Source: Wolbachia endosymbiont of Drosophila innubila
Lineage (GTDB): Bacteria > Pseudomonadota > Alphaproteobacteria > Rickettsiales > Anaplasmataceae
Assembly: GCF_021378375.1 (NCBI RefSeq)
Contig: NZ_CP076228.1
Coordinates: forward strand, 1,110,001-1,142,000
Reading direction: 5' to 3'
DNA: 32,000 nucleotides
Shown here in pieces: positions 29,383-32,000 of this stretch. Made by a program: the position numbers and the translations under genes. Each line of letters begins with the position of its first letter. Positions within the stretch are counted from its first letter, which is position 1. The notes beneath the pieces were generated by a model. The model was given only the letters and a program-made list of their open reading frames with translations, made no database searches and was not told the DNA's origin.

Positions 29383-30630
29383 ATGCAAGGAAAACTAAAC
29401 CAGATAGCAGTAAGGGCTAAGCAAGATAAGCGAGTAAAATTTACATCATTAGTTCATTTGATTAATGAAGAGAATCTTGCAGAGTGTTATAAGGAACTAA
29501 AACGCAACAAGGCTTGTAGTATAGATCGTGTGACAGTGGAAGCTTATGGAGAAAATCTAGAAGAGAAACTTAAAACACTAGTGGATAGTATGAAGAGAAA
29601 ACAATATCAACCGCTACCAGTGAAAAGGGTATACATACCCAAAGCCGGGAGCAAAGAGAAGCGCGGTCTCGGAATACCATCAACGGAAGATAAGTTGGTA
29701 CAGGTAATGCTAAAGAAGATATTAGAAAATATTTATGAAGCAAACTTTATGGACAGCTCGTATGGATTTCGACCAGGAAGAAATTGTCATCAGGCGATAA
29801 ACGCTCTAGATAAAGCAGTTATGCACAAACCAATTAACTATATTGTAGAAGTGGATATCAAGAAGTTCTTTGATAATGTTCAACATAAATGGCTAATGAA
29901 TTGTCTAAGGAACGAATAGCTGACCCAAATTTATTGTGGTTAATAAAACGATTTCTAAAGGCAGGAATAGTCGAAGTTGGATGTTATAAAGCAACCGATC
30001 AAGGCACACCACAAGGTGGTATAGTAAGCCCTGTATTAGCTAATATATACTTACACTATGTGCTGGACTTATGGTTTGAAAAGAAATTTAAGCCAAAAGC
30101 CAGAGGATATTTACAGCTAATAAGGTTTTGCGACGATTTTGTAGTTGGCTGCGAGAGGAAGAAGACGCAAAAGAATTTCTAGAATTACTGAAACAAAGAC
30201 TAAGTAAATTTGGGTTGGAAATAGCTGAAAATAAAACAAAAATAGTAAAGTTTGGTAAGAAAGAATGGTATCAAGCAGAAAGAGAGAAACGTAGGACGGC
30301 TAGCTTCAACTTTCTAGGATTTACACATTATTGTGGAAAAGTCGTAATGGTAAACTTATGATGAAGCAGAAAACTTCAAAAATAAGCCTAGCCAGAAAGA
30401 TTAAAAGAAATCAAAGAATGGTTGAAGATGGTACGAAGTCGTATCTGTTTCAAAGATTGGTGGCAGAAACTTAAAAGCCAAACTAACAGGACACTATAGC
30501 TACTTCGGAGTTAGCGGAAATTATCGGTGTTTGATTCAATTCTATCGACCGGTAACAAAGTTAGCATTTAAGTGGATAAACCGACGTAGTCAAAAGAAAA
30601 GTATGGATTGGGAACAATTTATACACTATT
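29383..30630 (+). pseudogene. ltrA: group II intron reverse transcriptase/maturase, several frameshifts
   Basis: ORFs 29383..29919 (RT domains, YGFRPGRNCHQAINAL, IVEVDIKKFFDNV), 29889..30182 (GTPQGGIVSPVLANIYLHYVLD, LIRFCDDFVVGC), 30128..30361 (FLELLKQRLSKFGLEIAENKTKIVKFG..FNFLGFTHYCGK) and further out-of-frame maturase-like sequence (LTGHYSYFGVSGNYRCLIQFYRPVTKLAFKWINRRSQKKSMDWEQFIHYL). Confidence 0.88.
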
Positions 30631-30706
30631 TAAAAGTAAATCCATTACCAAAACCAAAGGTATATGTTTCTTTATACACAGGAGCACTAGTGTGAACGCT
30701 GTATTG

Positions 30707-30739
30707 TGGAGCCGTGTGCGGGAAATCCGCAAGCACGGT
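30707..30739 (+). ncRNA. group II intron domain V catalytic hairpin
   Basis: GAGCCGTGTGCGGGAAATCCGCAAGCACGGTTC: GAGCCGTG..CACGGTTC outer stem, GCGG..CCGC inner stem. Confidence 0.88.
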
Positions 30740-31033
30740 TCTTTTGGGGAGACTATGGTTATGAGACCAAATCGCTGGTTTCAAGGTCATGAGTCTCTAC
30801 CAGACTAAGATAAATCGAAGCATTTTTGTGGAAATAAAGCGAAATATGGAAGACAAAAGATAAATGCATTCTGAAAGGCTACACAGCATGTTCGTCCCGC
30901 TAATTAATAATATCTTTATTATTGTATGAGATAGGTAATTTAGCATTTATGAATTTGTAATGTGTTGCATATAGCTCAAAGAAATAAGGTTTACTGGTTA
31001 CACGCTGCAGCCAATGCCACAACACTAGGACCT

Positions 31034-31920
31034 ATGTTTATCTGCATGTTAATTTGCGTTGTGATTTTATGGAGGTCTTCTGTTACCTATGCTAGTGAAA
31101 ATTTGGAGATACAGAAGGCCTTTGATAGTGTTGTCAAGCATATAAAAGCTGATAAAAAATATAAAGATCTTGATGTTATTGAGAGAAAAAGTGATAAATT
31201 TAACATCAAAATTGCGCAGAATTCTGGCAAGAGTTTTGACATATACTCTACTTTAAAAAAAGCAAAAGATTCCTTTGAATCAGGAGATAATGAAACAGCT
31301 ATTTCTCTCCTTAATCAGATCATTGCAAAGTTTCCTTATCATAAAAATGCTTTAATTGGATTGGGAAATATTTATTACGCTAATAAAGAATACAAAAAAG
31401 CTGTAGAGATTTACACAAGACTGTTAAAAGAACACCCTAGTAACCCTTACATATTAAAAAATTTTCTGACGATAATCTCACAATATAATCCTGATCTGGC
31501 GTTGAGTGAAATGTTAAAATTGTATGATATACATAAAAATTATGCTCCTTTATTAGCAAATTTAGGTATGATCTATATGAAAAAGGAGGATTATGTAAAA
31601 GGTAAAGAGTATATGATAACTGCTATTTCCCTCGATGAAAACAATATTTTTTATACTTATAATTTAGCTGTTATTCTAGATAAACTTTCAGATTTTCAAA
31701 ATGCTACAATATTCTACTTAAAATTGTTGAACATGGCTACAACTTCGAAAGATGTGAGTGAAAAAATACCTTTATACAAAGTGACAGCAAGACTAAAATT
31801 TATAAAACTTCACAGCACGCACTCAAAGATTTCATAAAAGCTTATAGCTCACCTAAATCTAATTTATCGTATCTGTTCAAGGGAGTGGCTAATGTGCAAA
31901 TATTGAAGCAAAGTGTGTGA
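31034..31920 (+). pseudogene. exported tetratricopeptide-repeat protein with a C-terminal frameshift
   Basis: Signal-like MFICMLICVVILWRSSVTYA then TPR units (NALIGLGNIYYANKEYKKAVEIYTRLLKEHPSNP; PLLANLGMIYMKKEDYVKGKEYMITAISLDENN). ORF track stops at 31837, but another frame continues QHALKDFIKAYSSPKSNLSYLFKGVANVQILKQSV* to TGA 31918..31920. Could still be functional. Confidence 0.6.
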
Positions 31921-32000
31921 AACACAGATGTACGAACATTTGTTTGCAAAGGTAATTTACACAACAAATGCATAACTGTACGAACATTGTGATTTTGGCC

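Larger units (their letters stand above)
28888..30800 (+). mobile_element. group II intron with degraded reverse transcriptase/maturase
   Basis: GTGTG 5' end followed by GCGCCAAGAAGTGCGTAAGGAACAG..; domain V-like hairpin GAGCCGTGTGCGGGAAATCCGCAAGCACGGTTC at 30707..30739; domain VI-like stem GAGACTATGG...GGTCATGAGTCTCTAC ending at about 30800. RT ORF inside domain IV. Boundaries inferred. Confidence 0.88.

Noticed and set aside
29009-30800. Possibility of a retron or diversity-generating retroelement because of the reverse transcriptase
   Set aside because: Ribozyme domain V/VI, a GTGTG 5' end and maturase-like C-terminal region (GHYSYFGVSGN..) all support a group II intron instead; no template/variable repeat pair seen.

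Overview
This AT-rich alphaproteobacterial window is most consistent with a Wolbachia (Rickettsiales) chromosome, judging from protein similarity recalled from knowledge, Wolbachia-like palindromic repeats and gene degradation. Most of it is core housekeeping: PerM/AI-2E transporter, HdaA-like ATPase, XerC/D recombinase, PlsC-like acyltransferase, RpsT, GltA, PccB, MutM, PdxH, ComEC, RluD, DgkA, Pgk, cytochrome b561 and a nitronate monooxygenase-like enzyme, plus tRNA-Thr(GGT) and initiator tRNA-Met(CAT). Accessory or decayed parts are: a broken IS4-type transposase flanked by a near-perfect 25-bp inverted repeat; a broken hypothetical gene; comEC split by a one-base frameshift and carrying an in-frame palindromic/tandem repeat insertion; a fragmented EndoU-like secreted protein; a 52-bp perfect direct repeat downstream of (on the + strand) pgk; a cluster of a predicted secreted or membrane protein, a small TM protein, a VirB4-family ATPase with a Lys-to-Arg Walker A, and a 953-aa Cys/Gly-rich secreted protein; and a group II intron (28888..~30800) whose reverse transcriptase/maturase is broken by several frameshifts. 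I found no CRISPR array or recognised defence operon. The best candidate for new biology is the VirB4-like / large Cys-rich secreted protein cassette at 21831-28765.
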